A DNA stretch of 64,000 nt. Origin: an uncultured Alphaproteobacteria bacterium (GTDB lineage: Bacteria > Pseudomonadota > Alphaproteobacteria > RF32 > CAG-239). Position numbers and translations under genes: made by a program. Shown here piece by piece: positions 1 to 8,524 of the stretch. The stretch covers positions 18,707 through 82,706 of the forward strand of contig CALXRS010000002.1 of NCBI GenBank assembly GCA_944390915.1. Reading direction: 5' to 3'. Each line of letters starts with the position of its first letter. The stretch's first letter is position 1. Below the pieces are notes generated by a model, which was not told the origin of the DNA, ran no database searches, and saw nothing but the letters and a program-made list of their open reading frames with translations.

Positions 1-1161
1 AGCAATCTGTCCGCGGGGCTTTCCGACCGCATCGTCATTGATGACGGCAGCGGCAGTTTCGGCCTCGCGATACACGACTACAGCGCCGACGGCAATCTGC
101 CGGAAAAATTTACGATTATTGACGAAAGCGCCGCCGCCGGCGATTCCTTTCATCTTATCGGCGGCGCGGCCGACGCCGGCGCCCTCCTCTATAACCTGGA
201 ACGACAGGAAGACGGCAGCTGGATGCTGGTCAAAACCAAACAGGCAAACGACATGACCATTGTTGCCAAAAACACCTATGCCGCTCTGGCCTCTTTGTTT
301 TACACGCATTTAAGCCCGGTTTACGGTCATCTGCGGACAACCCGCAAAAACCCCGAAAACAGCCGCGGGCTGTGGATTAAAGGACTTGGAAAAAAAATAA
401 AATTCCGTTTCAAAGACGACAGCAAAAGCCGGCTCGAAACCTACGGCACGGAAATCGGCTACGGGCAAACCCTATGGCAAAACGGCGAAAAAATTTTTCA
501 TATCGGCATCTTCGGCGGCTATACCCACGCCCGTCAAAAATATGACCGCGCTGGTTCCGGCATCGGCAAAACCGGCAGCCTCGGCCTCTATGCCGCTTAC
601 AATGCCGGCGGCGGCTGGTTTGCGGATTTTGTCGGCAGCTGGTTTTGGCACCGTCAGAAAATCAGCGCGCACAAGCCGGACAGCACCGCTGTTCTCGGCA
701 AATATGACACCAACGGCCGTCAGGCGGCCGCGGAAGCCGGACGGCGTTTTGAACTGGCCGGCGGCTGGTACGCGGAAACCTCTCTTTTGCTTGATTACAT
801 GGCGGTTGACGGCATCCGCTACCGCACCAATTTCAACACCGAAGTCAAAACCTCGACTTCCGATTACCTAAGCGCCGGCGCCGGTCTTGCCGTCGGCCGG
901 ATTTTCACGTCCGACAACGGCGGCCAAATCGAACCCTACGCCCGATTCCGCCTGCTCTACGACTGGGACGGCAAAACCACCGTCAAAGTTGCGGACTACG
1001 CTTTCAACGAAAAAATCTCTTCCCTGCATTACGAATTCGGCTTGGGGATTAACGCCGCTTTCAAAGAAGACTGGTCGCTTTATGCCGAAGCCGCCACCCG
1101 CCTCGGCAGCAAAGAAAACATTCCCTGGGAATTCGGCTGCGGACTGCGGTTTGCGTTTTGA
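1..1161 (+). CDS. Autotransporter, end of passenger plus beta-barrel translocator domain (5' end outside window)
   Basis: Frame 1 is open from base 1 (SNLSAGLSDRIVIDDGSGSF...) and runs straight into track ORF 223..1161. The last ~270 aa show an alternating-hydrophobic beta-strand pattern rich in G/Y/A. The protein ends ...WEFGCGLRFAF* with a terminal Phe, typical of type Va barrels. Confidence 0.85.
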   Translation, partial: SNLSAGLSDRIVIDDGSGSFGLAIHDYSADGNLPEKFTIIDESAAAGDSFHLIGGAADAGALLYNLERQEDGSWMLVKTKQANDMTIVAKNTYAALASLFYTHLSPVYGHLRTTRKNPENSRGLWIKGLGKKIKFRFKDDSKSRLETYGTEIGYGQTLWQNGEKIFHIGIFGGYTHARQKYDRAGSGIGKTGSLGLYAAYNAGGGWFADFVGSWFWHRQKISAHKPDSTAVLGKYDTNGRQAAAEAGRRFELAGGWYAETSLLLDYMAVDGIRYRTNFNTEVKTSTSDYLSAGAGLAVGRIFTSDNGGQIEPYARFRLLYDWDGKTTVKVADYAFNEKISSLHYEFGLGINAAFKEDWSLYAEAATRLGSKENIPWEFGCGLRFAF

Positions 1162-1277
1162 AAAAAATCTTTTCCCCGCAATCATTATTTCGATTTTCCG
1201 GGCAAAAACATCTTGACTTGGAGTATGCTCTAAAGGATAGGATAAGATTATCTCGCAAACAAACGCATGGGGGAAAC

Positions 1278-2234
1278 ATGAAAAGAAGAGATTTCTGCAA
1301 ACTATCCGTCAGCGCGGCCGTGCTCGGTCTGTTCGGCGGCGTCAAAGGCATCGGCCGGGCATCGGCGGCAGCCGTAACCGACGGCAACAACCTGCCGACG
1401 GTTTATTTTACCCGCGACATCAGCCCGGAAGGACTGCTCAGGCTATATGACAAAGTAAACGCCGGCATCGGCGGAAAAACGGCCATCAAACTCCACACCG
1501 GCGAACCGAACGGCCCCAACCTTTTGCCCCGCGAACTGGCTAAAGCCCTGCAGGCGCATATCCCGAACAGCACCATTGTGGAATGCAACGTTTTATACGC
1601 CAGCCCGCGGCAGACCACCGAAGGACATCTGGAAACGCTTAAAACCAACGGCTGGACTTTTTGTCCGGTAGACATTATGGACGCCGACGGCGATGTCAAC
1701 CTGCCGATAAAAGGCGGTCACCGTCTGCAGGAAGTGGCGGTCGGCAAGCATATCAAAAATTACGATTCGATGGTTGTCTACACCCATTTCAAAGGTCATG
1801 CCATGGGCGGTTTCGGCGGCTCGCTGAAAAACATTGCCATCGGCTGCGCCTCGGGCAAAGTGGGCAAAGCCCAGCTGCACGGCGCCGGCTGGCCGACCGG
1901 CAAAGCCTTTCTGGAACGCATGGTGGAAGGCGGCAAGGCCGTTGCCGACCATTTCGGCAAACATATAACTTATCTCAATGTCTTAAAAAATATGTCGGTC
2001 GACTGCGATTGTGACGCCCACGGCGCCAAACCGACCGCGCCGAACATCGGCATTTTGGCCTCAACGGATATTCTGGCCGTCGATCAGGCTTCCGTCGACA
2101 TGGTTTATGCCCTGCCGGAAAAAGACAAGCACGATCTGGTAGAGCGCATCGAATCCCGCTCCGGTTTGCACCAGCTGGAATATATGGACAAGCTCAAAAT
2201 GGGCAGCCGCAAATATAATCTGGTGGAGATATAA
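1278..2234 (+). CDS. DUF362-like protein with twin-arginine (Tat) signal peptide
   Basis: Track ORF 1158..2234. I prefer the ATG at 1278, which is preceded by GGGGGA. The N-terminus MKRRDFCKLSVSAAVLGLFGG...ASAAA has an RRxFxK Tat motif. The body (..HFKGHAMGGFGG.., ..NMSVDCDCDAHG..) resembles the DUF362 family from memory. Confidence 0.7.
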   Translation: MKRRDFCKLSVSAAVLGLFGGVKGIGRASAAAVTDGNNLPTVYFTRDISPEGLLRLYDKVNAGIGGKTAIKLHTGEPNGPNLLPRELAKALQAHIPNSTIVECNVLYASPRQTTEGHLETLKTNGWTFCPVDIMDADGDVNLPIKGGHRLQEVAVGKHIKNYDSMVVYTHFKGHAMGGFGGSLKNIAIGCASGKVGKAQLHGAGWPTGKAFLERMVEGGKAVADHFGKHITYLNVLKNMSVDCDCDAHGAKPTAPNIGILASTDILAVDQASVDMVYALPEKDKHDLVERIESRSGLHQLEYMDKLKMGSRKYNLVEI

Positions 2235-2266
2235 ATAAGACCGGGCATTTGCCCGACCACACCCCG

Positions 2267-2294
2267 AAAACGCCGGTTTTTGCCGGCGTTTTTT
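2267..2294 (+). terminator. Rho-independent terminator after the DUF362 gene
   Basis: aaaacgccgg-ttttt-gccggcgtttttt: a GC-rich stem followed by a T-run, 33 nt after the stop. Confidence 0.6.
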
Positions 2295-2356
2295 CATGAA
2301 TCACGCTCCGCTTCGACTTTTAATTTTGCTTTTCCAACTTTTAATTTTCCGGCTGC

Positions 2357-2385
2357 TTGACGGCAGCGCGCCCGTATGCTACAAA
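2357..2385 (+). promoter_or_regulatory. Candidate sigma-70-like promoter
   Basis: TTGACG (2357-2362), 17-nt spacer, TACAAA (2380-2385), upstream of the 2470 ORF. Pattern match only. Confidence 0.3.
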
Positions 2386-2469
2386 GAAAACAGAAACGAA
2401 ATAAAACGTTTCCTGCGGATTTAACCTGAATTGTCCCGCACAAAAAGGACTAAACAAGGAGAATATCAC

Positions 2470-2946
2470 ATGTTGAAATATGTCATGAAAGCCACCGAAC
2501 CGGACAAAGAAGAACTCGGGCGGCTTTTTCTGAACCTGGATCTCATCTTAAACAACAAAGAACGGATTATGGCCGACGCCGATATGCGCAACATCCTCAT
2601 CAGAGGCGTTGCCATCGAAGGCCTCTATGTCGGCCGAACACCGATTACGCTCGGCGGTCTGCTCACTTTGTGGGAACAAAACGGCTGGCGGGAAGAAAAC
2701 AGCTTTTTCTACCACGCCGGCGGCTCGCCCCTGAGCGGCATGTGCATCGTCGATATCTGGCAGGCGGATAAAAAGAAATATATCGTCGACCGTCACCGGA
2801 GTTTTTCCAAAATCTGCTTCACGGCCATGGAAATTTTGCACAGGTTGCCCGAAGCGCAACCTACGCCGCTTAACATGCAAACCCTGATACAAAAACTGAA
2901 CGCAACCGCCAATGAGGGAGAACAATCATGTGGTACGTCAAATTAA
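2470..2946 (+). CDS. Hypothetical protein (158 aa)
   Basis: Track ORF 2431..2946. The ATG at 2470 is preceded by AGGAGA. Amino-acid composition is balanced (MLKYVMKATEPDKEELGRLF...). I do not recognise a family. Confidence 0.55.
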   Translation: MLKYVMKATEPDKEELGRLFLNLDLILNNKERIMADADMRNILIRGVAIEGLYVGRTPITLGGLLTLWEQNGWREENSFFYHAGGSPLSGMCIVDIWQADKKKYIVDRHRSFSKICFTAMEILHRLPEAQPTPLNMQTLIQKLNATANEGEQSCGTSN

Positions 2947-3059
2947 ACGATACGGTTTTGCCCACGCCCTACCAGAATTTCAGCGACTGCCTGGCCGCCT
3001 GCAAAAGGCTGCAACGAAAAATGGTGGCCGTTTTTGCCGAACCGGTGTTTATCGGCTGA
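2928..3059 (+). CDS. Small ORF (43 aa), overlaps the end of the upstream gene
   Basis: Below the track length cutoff. The ATG at 2928 is preceded by GAGGGAG (2914-2920) and overlaps the stop of the 2470..2946 ORF by 19 nt. Translation: MWYVKLNDTVLPTPYQNFSDCLAACKRLQRKMVAVFAEPVFIG*. A hairpin at 3085-3111 follows. Confidence 0.35.
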   Translation: MWYVKLNDTVLPTPYQNFSDCLAACKRLQRKMVAVFAEPVFIG

Positions 3060-3084
3060 CAAAAATCTCCGCTTCATGATGCAA

Positions 3085-3111
3085 ACGGCCTTCCTTTTTA
3101 GGGAAGGCCGT
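3085..3111. terminator. Hairpin between convergent genes (possible bidirectional terminator)
   Basis: acggccttcc-ttttta-gggaaggccgt, lying between the + strand ORFs ending at 3059 and the - strand ORF ending at 3130. Confidence 0.5.
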
Positions 3112-3129
3112 AAAATGCAGAAAATTTTA

Positions 3130-3345
3130 TTAATACACGCAGGGACTGTGATATACGTTTTTACCGTTCAGCTCTACATAAACTACCGTCGTACCGCGGT
3201 AATAGAGTGTCAGTTCGTCCCCTTTCTTCGGCTGCTCGCAACTTTTTTCAACGTAGCAGCGGGCGACTTTTCCTTCTTTGGTCTGGGCAACAACTTCCCA
3301 ATACCCGTCTTTGGTATCAAAGACTTCTTGTACAATCGCTTTCAT
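3130..3345 (-). CDS. Hypothetical small protein (71 aa)
   Basis: Track ORF with balanced composition (MKAIVQEVFDTKDGYWEVVAQTKEGKVARCYVEK...). No clear Shine-Dalgarno sequence. The overlapping + strand ORF 3034..3357 looks like non-coding translation. Confidence 0.45.
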   Translation of the reverse strand: MKAIVQEVFDTKDGYWEVVAQTKEGKVARCYVEKSCEQPKKGDELTLYYRGTTVVYVELNGKNVYHSPCVY

Positions 3346-3446
3346 AAGTGTTTTTAGTTAGAATAAATAATTAAATTACCTGCTTTCAATGTACAAATTT
3401 TTTTGTTTTTTGTCAAGAAAGGAAAACCGACGGGACAAAAGCTTCA

Positions 3447-3599
3447 TCAGACATAATCTTCCTCGTCGTTTTTCCCTTCGTTTTGCAATTTTTTCAACTC
3501 CCGGCGCGCCTTCAAACCGCAACATACGCCGATTGCGCCTAAAACTACGGCCGCGACGGCAAAAGCCAAAGAGATAATCTGTATAATCACAACTATCAT
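3447..3599 (-). CDS. Small single-pass membrane protein (50 aa)
   Basis: Below the track cutoff. Hand translation: MIVVIIQIISLAFAVAAVVLGAIGVCCGLKARRELKKLQNEGKNDEEDYV*. It has a hydrophobic helix and then a charged tail. The overlapping + ORF 3389..3577 is Arg-rich and looks like a shadow of this one. Confidence 0.35.
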   Translation of the reverse strand: MIVVIIQIISLAFAVAAVVLGAIGVCCGLKARRELKKLQNEGKNDEEDYV

Positions 3600-3753
3600 A
3601 AAAAATAATGCTGCCTACTTTACTTGGCAGACTTTATTAGTGAAACAATAATTTTTAACAACATGGTCAGTGTAATGATTATTCCCCGAAAAGTCAACGA
3701 TAAAACAAAAAAGATGGACATTTGCGACCAACCTGCGCTATGCTGCATGCATT

Positions 3754-4770
3754 ATGAAAGAAAACGATTTATCGGCGCGGCTCCTGGACTGGTATGAACT
3801 CAACGGGCGCAGCCTTCCCTGGCGGATAAAGGGCGGCGCGCATCCCGACCCGTATGCCGTTTTTGTTTCCGAATTCATGCTCCAGCAGACAACGGTCAAA
3901 ACCGTGCTCGGCTATTTTGAACGTTTTATGCGCCGTTTACCGACGGTAGAAAGTCTGGCCAGCGCCACGGAAGAGGAAGTTTTTTCCCTCTGGCAGGGGC
4001 TGGGCTACTACAGCCGCGCGCGCTCTTTGCACGAAACAGCCAAAACCGTCGTCCGCGACCATGGCGGCAAATTTCCCCGCACCCGCGCAGAAGTGCAAAA
4101 ACTGAAAGGTTTCGGCGCCTACACGGCGGCAAGTTTTCTCGCTCTGGCTTTTAATATGCCGGAAACGGTGGTGGACGGCAACGTCACCCGCATCATCTGT
4201 CGGCTGTATCATCTGACTGCGCCTGCGGCAAGCATGAAAAAGCTTATTGCCGACAAGGCCGTCGCCATAACCGACTGCCGCCGGCCGGCGGACTATGCCT
4301 CGGCCATCATGGATCTGGGCGCCACCGTCTGCACCCCGAAAAAACCGCAATGCCTGCTCTGTCCGTGGCAAAGCGCCTGTCTTTCACGCGGACGGCCGGA
4401 TGTGGAGCAAATTCCCGCCCAAAGCAAAATCGCCAAACAGGAAAAAAGCGGCGCCGTTTATCTGATAACCGATTCCGCCGGGCGCATTCTCATCCGCCGG
4501 CGCAGCGAAAAGGGGCTGCTTTCGGGACTCTGGGAATTTCCGTGGACGGCCGAGGGCTGCCTGCCTTTGCCGCTTGCTCACGCGTCGGACTTGCAGATAA
4601 CACACGTTTTTACCCACATCCGCCAGACCCTGACAATATACTGCCGGCAAACGGACGAGTCGCCGATAGCAGACGGCATTTTTGTCGCCCCCTTTGAGCT
4701 GGATCAATATCCCTTTTCCACCATGATGAAAAAAGTTTACCGCAAAGCCCTTGCTGCCGGCAAAATCTGA
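3754..4770 (+). CDS. mutY: A/G-specific adenine DNA glycosylase
   Basis: N-terminus LLDWYELNGRSLPWR, an HhH-GPD region, the Fe-S cluster loop CTPKKPQCLLCPWQSAC, and a C-terminal NUDIX-like domain (GLWEFPW). Confidence 0.9.
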   Translation: MKENDLSARLLDWYELNGRSLPWRIKGGAHPDPYAVFVSEFMLQQTTVKTVLGYFERFMRRLPTVESLASATEEEVFSLWQGLGYYSRARSLHETAKTVVRDHGGKFPRTRAEVQKLKGFGAYTAASFLALAFNMPETVVDGNVTRIICRLYHLTAPAASMKKLIADKAVAITDCRRPADYASAIMDLGATVCTPKKPQCLLCPWQSACLSRGRPDVEQIPAQSKIAKQEKSGAVYLITDSAGRILIRRRSEKGLLSGLWEFPWTAEGCLPLPLAHASDLQITHVFTHIRQTLTIYCRQTDESPIADGIFVAPFELDQYPFSTMMKKVYRKALAAGKI

Positions 4771-4845
4771 CAGGCACCGCCGACCGACGCTTTACAAACA
4801 ACCCGCAAAAAGGCTCCGCCGGCTGACCGGTGGTTTTTGGGATAC

Positions 4846-4892
4846 AAAAAAGCGCCCTCCTCCGTTGCCGGAGGAAAGCGCTTAATTTTTTT
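4846..4892. terminator. Bidirectional rho-independent terminator
   Basis: aaaaa-agcgccctcctccg-ttgc-cggaggaaagcgct-taattttttt: an A-run and a T-run flank a 14-bp stem between convergent mutY and the 4905..6047 gene. Confidence 0.65.
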
Positions 4893-4904
4893 CAAAAAAG
4901 AGTG

Positions 4905-6047
4905 TTACGCCTCTGCGACCGAGAGAAGCTGCCAGCTTTTGAGCTTCGGGTTGGCATCTATCAGAGCCTTCGCCTTGTCGGTAAACGATTCGGCCGGCTC
5001 ATATGCAAAGATGTATTTGCATATTGTTTCCTGTCCGAGAGACAGGAAATAATAGATGACCTCCCTGCTCAGATTGAATCCCATTTTATGGAATTCAATA
5101 TACTGAGCTATGCTCATCAGGCACTGTGCCGACGGGTTAAGCTCCTTTCCTGATTCTTTTATTTCTTTCAGGAAGAGTTCCCATTCGGCTACGTTTCCCG
5201 GCTGCTGAGAACGAGTAACCGTTTGTCTTTCGGAGAAACACTCCAAGGCTTCCTGCGTTGCCGCAATCCAACCCTGAACATCCTCTTTTTTTATGTCACG
5301 CCCGGAAAAGATACGGTTAATCACTCGCGGTGACAGACCGTTTTTTCTCACGTGACCGAAAAACAGGTTACCTAAGTTCCGGTCAATCAACAGGTTCAGA
5401 ATATCCTCCGAAAAGGTATTTCTTGCCTTGCCGTAAGCAACCAGAACGTGCTCCAGCACAACGGTATCCAGCGCCCGCAGTTGGCTTATGGTCGGACGGT
5501 AACCATTGCCGGCGAGCCTGATTCGCTCATCGGCGTTACCGAACTTCCACAGCTCGCTCTGAGCCGCGATGGTCATCTTACCGAGGATATTATCCTTTTC
5601 CTCGGCGGCGGCCAGACGATAGTACTTCACCTGCGTATGAGGCGAATACTCGCTGATGCCCCGCACTGCCATGAAATGCTTTTTCCACCTCATCGGCAAA
5701 ATGGCGACCCATGGCTGGTAAAACGCCCGCCAAAAGTCTGAAAAGATCTCAATATCGAGGTCATACAGACTGTCGGCCGCGGCTTTCGGAGCCAGCAGGC
5801 TGATCGGCAGGAAAAATATCGGGTTGAACCAGAAAAGGATCATCCCGATGAGGACAATCGTTATTAAAATCCCCTTGCCAATCCCCTTGCCGATGTTTTC
5901 AACTACCTTCCAGCATGCGCTGAAAATTTTTTTTACACTCCCTTTTGAATTTTTTTCTGTTGCCATATCTTTAAAGTTTTTAATGGCGCCCAAGTCTCCG
6001 ATTGGGATAATCTTAAAAAGCTTTCCGGGAGACGATGGAAAAACCAT
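4905..6047 (-). CDS. Hypothetical membrane-anchored protein (380 aa; start could instead be the ATG at 5966)
   Basis: Track ORF. Hydrophobic segment GILITIVLIGMILFWFNPIFFLPISLL, then a ~290-aa soluble region I cannot assign to a family. Bounded by a terminator on one side and an AT-rich spacer on the other. Confidence 0.6.
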   Translation of the reverse strand: MVFPSSPGKLFKIIPIGDLGAIKNFKDMATEKNSKGSVKKIFSACWKVVENIGKGIGKGILITIVLIGMILFWFNPIFFLPISLLAPKAAADSLYDLDIEIFSDFWRAFYQPWVAILPMRWKKHFMAVRGISEYSPHTQVKYYRLAAAEEKDNILGKMTIAAQSELWKFGNADERIRLAGNGYRPTISQLRALDTVVLEHVLVAYGKARNTFSEDILNLLIDRNLGNLFFGHVRKNGLSPRVINRIFSGRDIKKEDVQGWIAATQEALECFSERQTVTRSQQPGNVAEWELFLKEIKESGKELNPSAQCLMSIAQYIEFHKMGFNLSREVIYYFLSLGQETICKYIFAYEPAESFTDKAKALIDANPKLKSWQLLSVAEA

Positions 6048-6286
6048 CCGGAAAACTGCCTACTTAATGAGTTACTTCATATTCGGCCAAAATCTCCCAA
6101 TCATTACCTCAGAGCTAAAAAACTTTAACCCCGGCAACAACCAAAAAATTAACCTAATAATCAACATACCCTTAAATAAACAAGGGTATTATATCAGTTT
6201 GTCTGTTTTTTGTCAAATATTTGTTTGAAAAACTGTCTGCCTGTCGGCAAAATCACGCCGTATATATAGCGTTTGGGCTCTCCGGT

Positions 6287-6454
6287 TCAGAAGGTCAGCA
6301 GGCTGTCGTCAATCCCTATCATATCCGCCAGCATCTGCTGTGCAAAGTTCCACTCGGGCGCGGCCTTCCTTTGCTCAAAATCGGCGTCGCTTTCCCCTTT
6401 ATTTTGCTCCATGTAGTGCAAAAAATTGTGCCGCACGAAATAAACCTGCGTCAT
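6287..6454 (-). CDS. Small ORF (55 aa) translationally coupled to ftsY
   Basis: Below the track cutoff. Its ATG (6454-6452) overlaps the ftsY TGA (6453-6451) as ATGA. Translation: MTQVYFVRHNFLHYMEQNKGESDADFEQRKAAPEWNFAQQMLADMIGIDDSLLTF*. Confidence 0.4.
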   Translation of the reverse strand: MTQVYFVRHNFLHYMEQNKGESDADFEQRKAAPEWNFAQQMLADMIGIDDSLLTF

Positions 6455-7374
6455 GACAGCCCCACCAGCGCGCGGGCATAGGCGGCGGCATTGAATTCGT
6501 CCAAATCGTCAACCCCCTCGCCCACGCCGATAAAATAAACCGGCGTCGGGTTTTCTCCGGCAATGGCCGCCAGCACGCCTCCTTTGGCGGTGCCGTCCAG
6601 CTTGGTCATCACCAGCCCGGTCAGCGGCACGCATTGCTTGAAAATCTCCACCTGCGACAGCGCATTTTGTCCGGTGGTGGCATCAAGCACAAGCAAACAT
6701 TCGTGCGGCGTGTCGGCAATCACTTTTTGCATCACCCGTACCATTTTTTTCAACTCATCCATCAGGCCGCTTTTGTTTTGCAGGCGACCGGCGGTGTCGA
6801 CAAACACCACGTCGTCGCCCTCGGCCATGGCTTTTTGCAGCCCGTCAAAACAAAGTCCGGCACTGTCACAACCGTCGGCGCCGGCAAAAACCCGCACCCC
6901 GGCGCGCTCTCCCCAGGCCCGCAACTGTTCGACCGCCGCCGCACGAAAAGTATCGCCGGCAATCAAAGACACTTTTAAGCCCTGTTTCTTCAACTTTGTC
7001 GCCAGCTTGCCGATGGTTGTGGTTTTGCCCGCGCCGTTCACGCCGGCAAACAGAATCACAAAGGGCTTTCGGCCGCGGTCGACAACAAATTTCTTTTCCG
7101 TCGGCAGGAGAATTTTCCCGATTTCTTCCGCCAGTTTGGCGCGGATTTCCTGATCGGAAATTTCCCTGTCCTGACGCATTTTGCCAAACGCCGCCACAAT
7201 TTTGGCCGCCGTTTTTACCCCCATGTCCGCGGTAATCAACAGCTCTTCCAGCTCGTCCAGAGTTTCGGCGTCAAGCTTTTTGCGGGTAAATATCGCGCTT
7301 ATGCCGCCGCCGATTTTCTGCGACGACTTTCTTAAGCCCAAACCGATTTTTTCAATCCAGCTAACCATCGACAA
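6451..7374 (-). CDS. ftsY: Signal recognition particle receptor
   Basis: NG domain with GVNGAGKTTTIGKLA, DTAGRL and TKLDGTAKGG motifs. Short form at 307 aa, without a long acidic N-terminal domain. Confidence 0.95.
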   Translation of the reverse strand: MSMVSWIEKIGLGLRKSSQKIGGGISAIFTRKKLDAETLDELEELLITADMGVKTAAKIVAAFGKMRQDREISDQEIRAKLAEEIGKILLPTEKKFVVDRGRKPFVILFAGVNGAGKTTTIGKLATKLKKQGLKVSLIAGDTFRAAAVEQLRAWGERAGVRVFAGADGCDSAGLCFDGLQKAMAEGDDVVFVDTAGRLQNKSGLMDELKKMVRVMQKVIADTPHECLLVLDATTGQNALSQVEIFKQCVPLTGLVMTKLDGTAKGGVLAAIAGENPTPVYFIGVGEGVDDLDEFNAAAYARALVGLS

Positions 7375-8404
7375 CTTCTCCTTTTTCTCGCAAAATTTTT
7401 GCCCTTTCGCGGCGAACTTCCATCGGCAGCTGCGGCATCAATGCCGCCGGCGTGCCCGGCCGTTCGGAATAGGGAAACACATGCAGCCGACTGATGCCCG
7501 CCTCGTCAACCAACCGCAGCGTATTGGCAAATGCCTCCCCGCTTTCGGTCGGAAAACCGCAGATAAAATCCGCGCCGAAGGTGGCTTCCGGCCGCACAGC
7601 GCGGATTTTCGCACACAGCGCAATCACGTCTTCGCGGCAATGGCGCCGACGCATCCGTTTCAAAACAAGGTTATCGCCCGACTGCACCGACAGATGAAAA
7701 TGCGGATATATGTTTTTATGTTTTCCGACCAGCGCGATAAACTCGTCATCCACCGCGGCCGGATCCAACGAACCGAACTGCAGCGACGGCAAAGCGGGAA
7801 ATTTTTGCAAAATCGCCTTAACCAGCCCGGAAAAAGAAGGCCTGTACGAACAGGCGTCGACACCGGTCAGGCAGATTTCCTTAAACCCCTTTGCCAAAAG
7901 CACCCCGATTTGCCGCAATATTTCTTCTTCGGGCACCGAACGGTTGTTGCCGCGGGCAAAGGGCACAATGCAATAGGTGCAACGGTGGTCGCAACCCTGC
8001 TGAATCTGCACGAAAGCCCGTTCCCTGCCCTCAAAACCGGTAATGACATAATTGTCATATCGGTCATAGCTGAAAATATCGCCGACAATCGTCTTTTCGC
8101 CGATTTCGCCGGCAATATATTTTTCAAGCGCCGCCTTTTCGCGGTTGCCGAGCACCAGATCGACCTCCGGCATGCGCGCAAAAGACTGCGGATTAACCTG
8201 CGCGGCGCAGCCGGTAACCACGATTTTGGCCGCGGGGTTCTCCCGCCGCAGCTTGCGCACCGCCTGCCGGCACTGGCGCTCCGCTTCTCGCGTTACCGCA
8301 CAACTGTTGACAATCACCAGATTGTCAACCCCGGCCAGTTTTTCTTTCAATATTTCCGATTCATAGCTGTTTATCCGGCAGCCGAACGTAACCACTTCCG
8401 CCAT
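7361..8404 (-). CDS. mtaB: MiaB-family radical-SAM methylthiotransferase, MtaB-like, lacking the C-terminal TRAM domain
   Basis: N-terminus VVTFGCRINSYESE, radical-SAM motif CDHRCTYC. The ORF stops at 347 aa and overlaps the ftsY start by 14 nt. Confidence 0.8.
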   Translation of the reverse strand: MAEVVTFGCRINSYESEILKEKLAGVDNLVIVNSCAVTREAERQCRQAVRKLRRENPAAKIVVTGCAAQVNPQSFARMPEVDLVLGNREKAALEKYIAGEIGEKTIVGDIFSYDRYDNYVITGFEGRERAFVQIQQGCDHRCTYCIVPFARGNNRSVPEEEILRQIGVLLAKGFKEICLTGVDACSYRPSFSGLVKAILQKFPALPSLQFGSLDPAAVDDEFIALVGKHKNIYPHFHLSVQSGDNLVLKRMRRRHCREDVIALCAKIRAVRPEATFGADFICGFPTESGEAFANTLRLVDEAGISRLHVFPYSERPGTPAALMPQLPMEVRRERAKILREKGEVVDG

Positions 8405-8524
8405 TTTGCTTTGTTCCTTTCAATATGGCAGGAATATACGAAAAAAAACACCGTTTGGCAAGCCCGCAAAAGTACCCGGAAAAAAGCTCGTCCCGCTGCC
8501 CGAAAAACGGAAAAAAAATCTCTT

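Noticed and set aside
1158-1277. N-terminal extensions proposed by the ORF track (DUF362 gene from 1158; also mraY from 36946, murG from 39311, murB from 40434, aas to 58034, outer-membrane factor to 32843)
   Set aside because: The extensions overlap upstream genes or translate to non-protein-like sequence. Internal starts have ribosome-binding sites and give N-termini matching the families (Tat signal, lipoboxes, conserved N-terminal motifs).
3389-3577. 62-aa + strand ORF
   Set aside because: The translation is extremely Arg/Lys-rich (..RRLRLKLRPRRQKPKR). The opposite strand encodes a more plausible 50-aa membrane peptide.
6221-6481. 86-aa + strand ORF overlapping the ftsY stop
   Set aside because: It overlaps the ftsY 3' end. 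It lies opposite the ATGA-coupled small ORF and has no ribosome-binding site.
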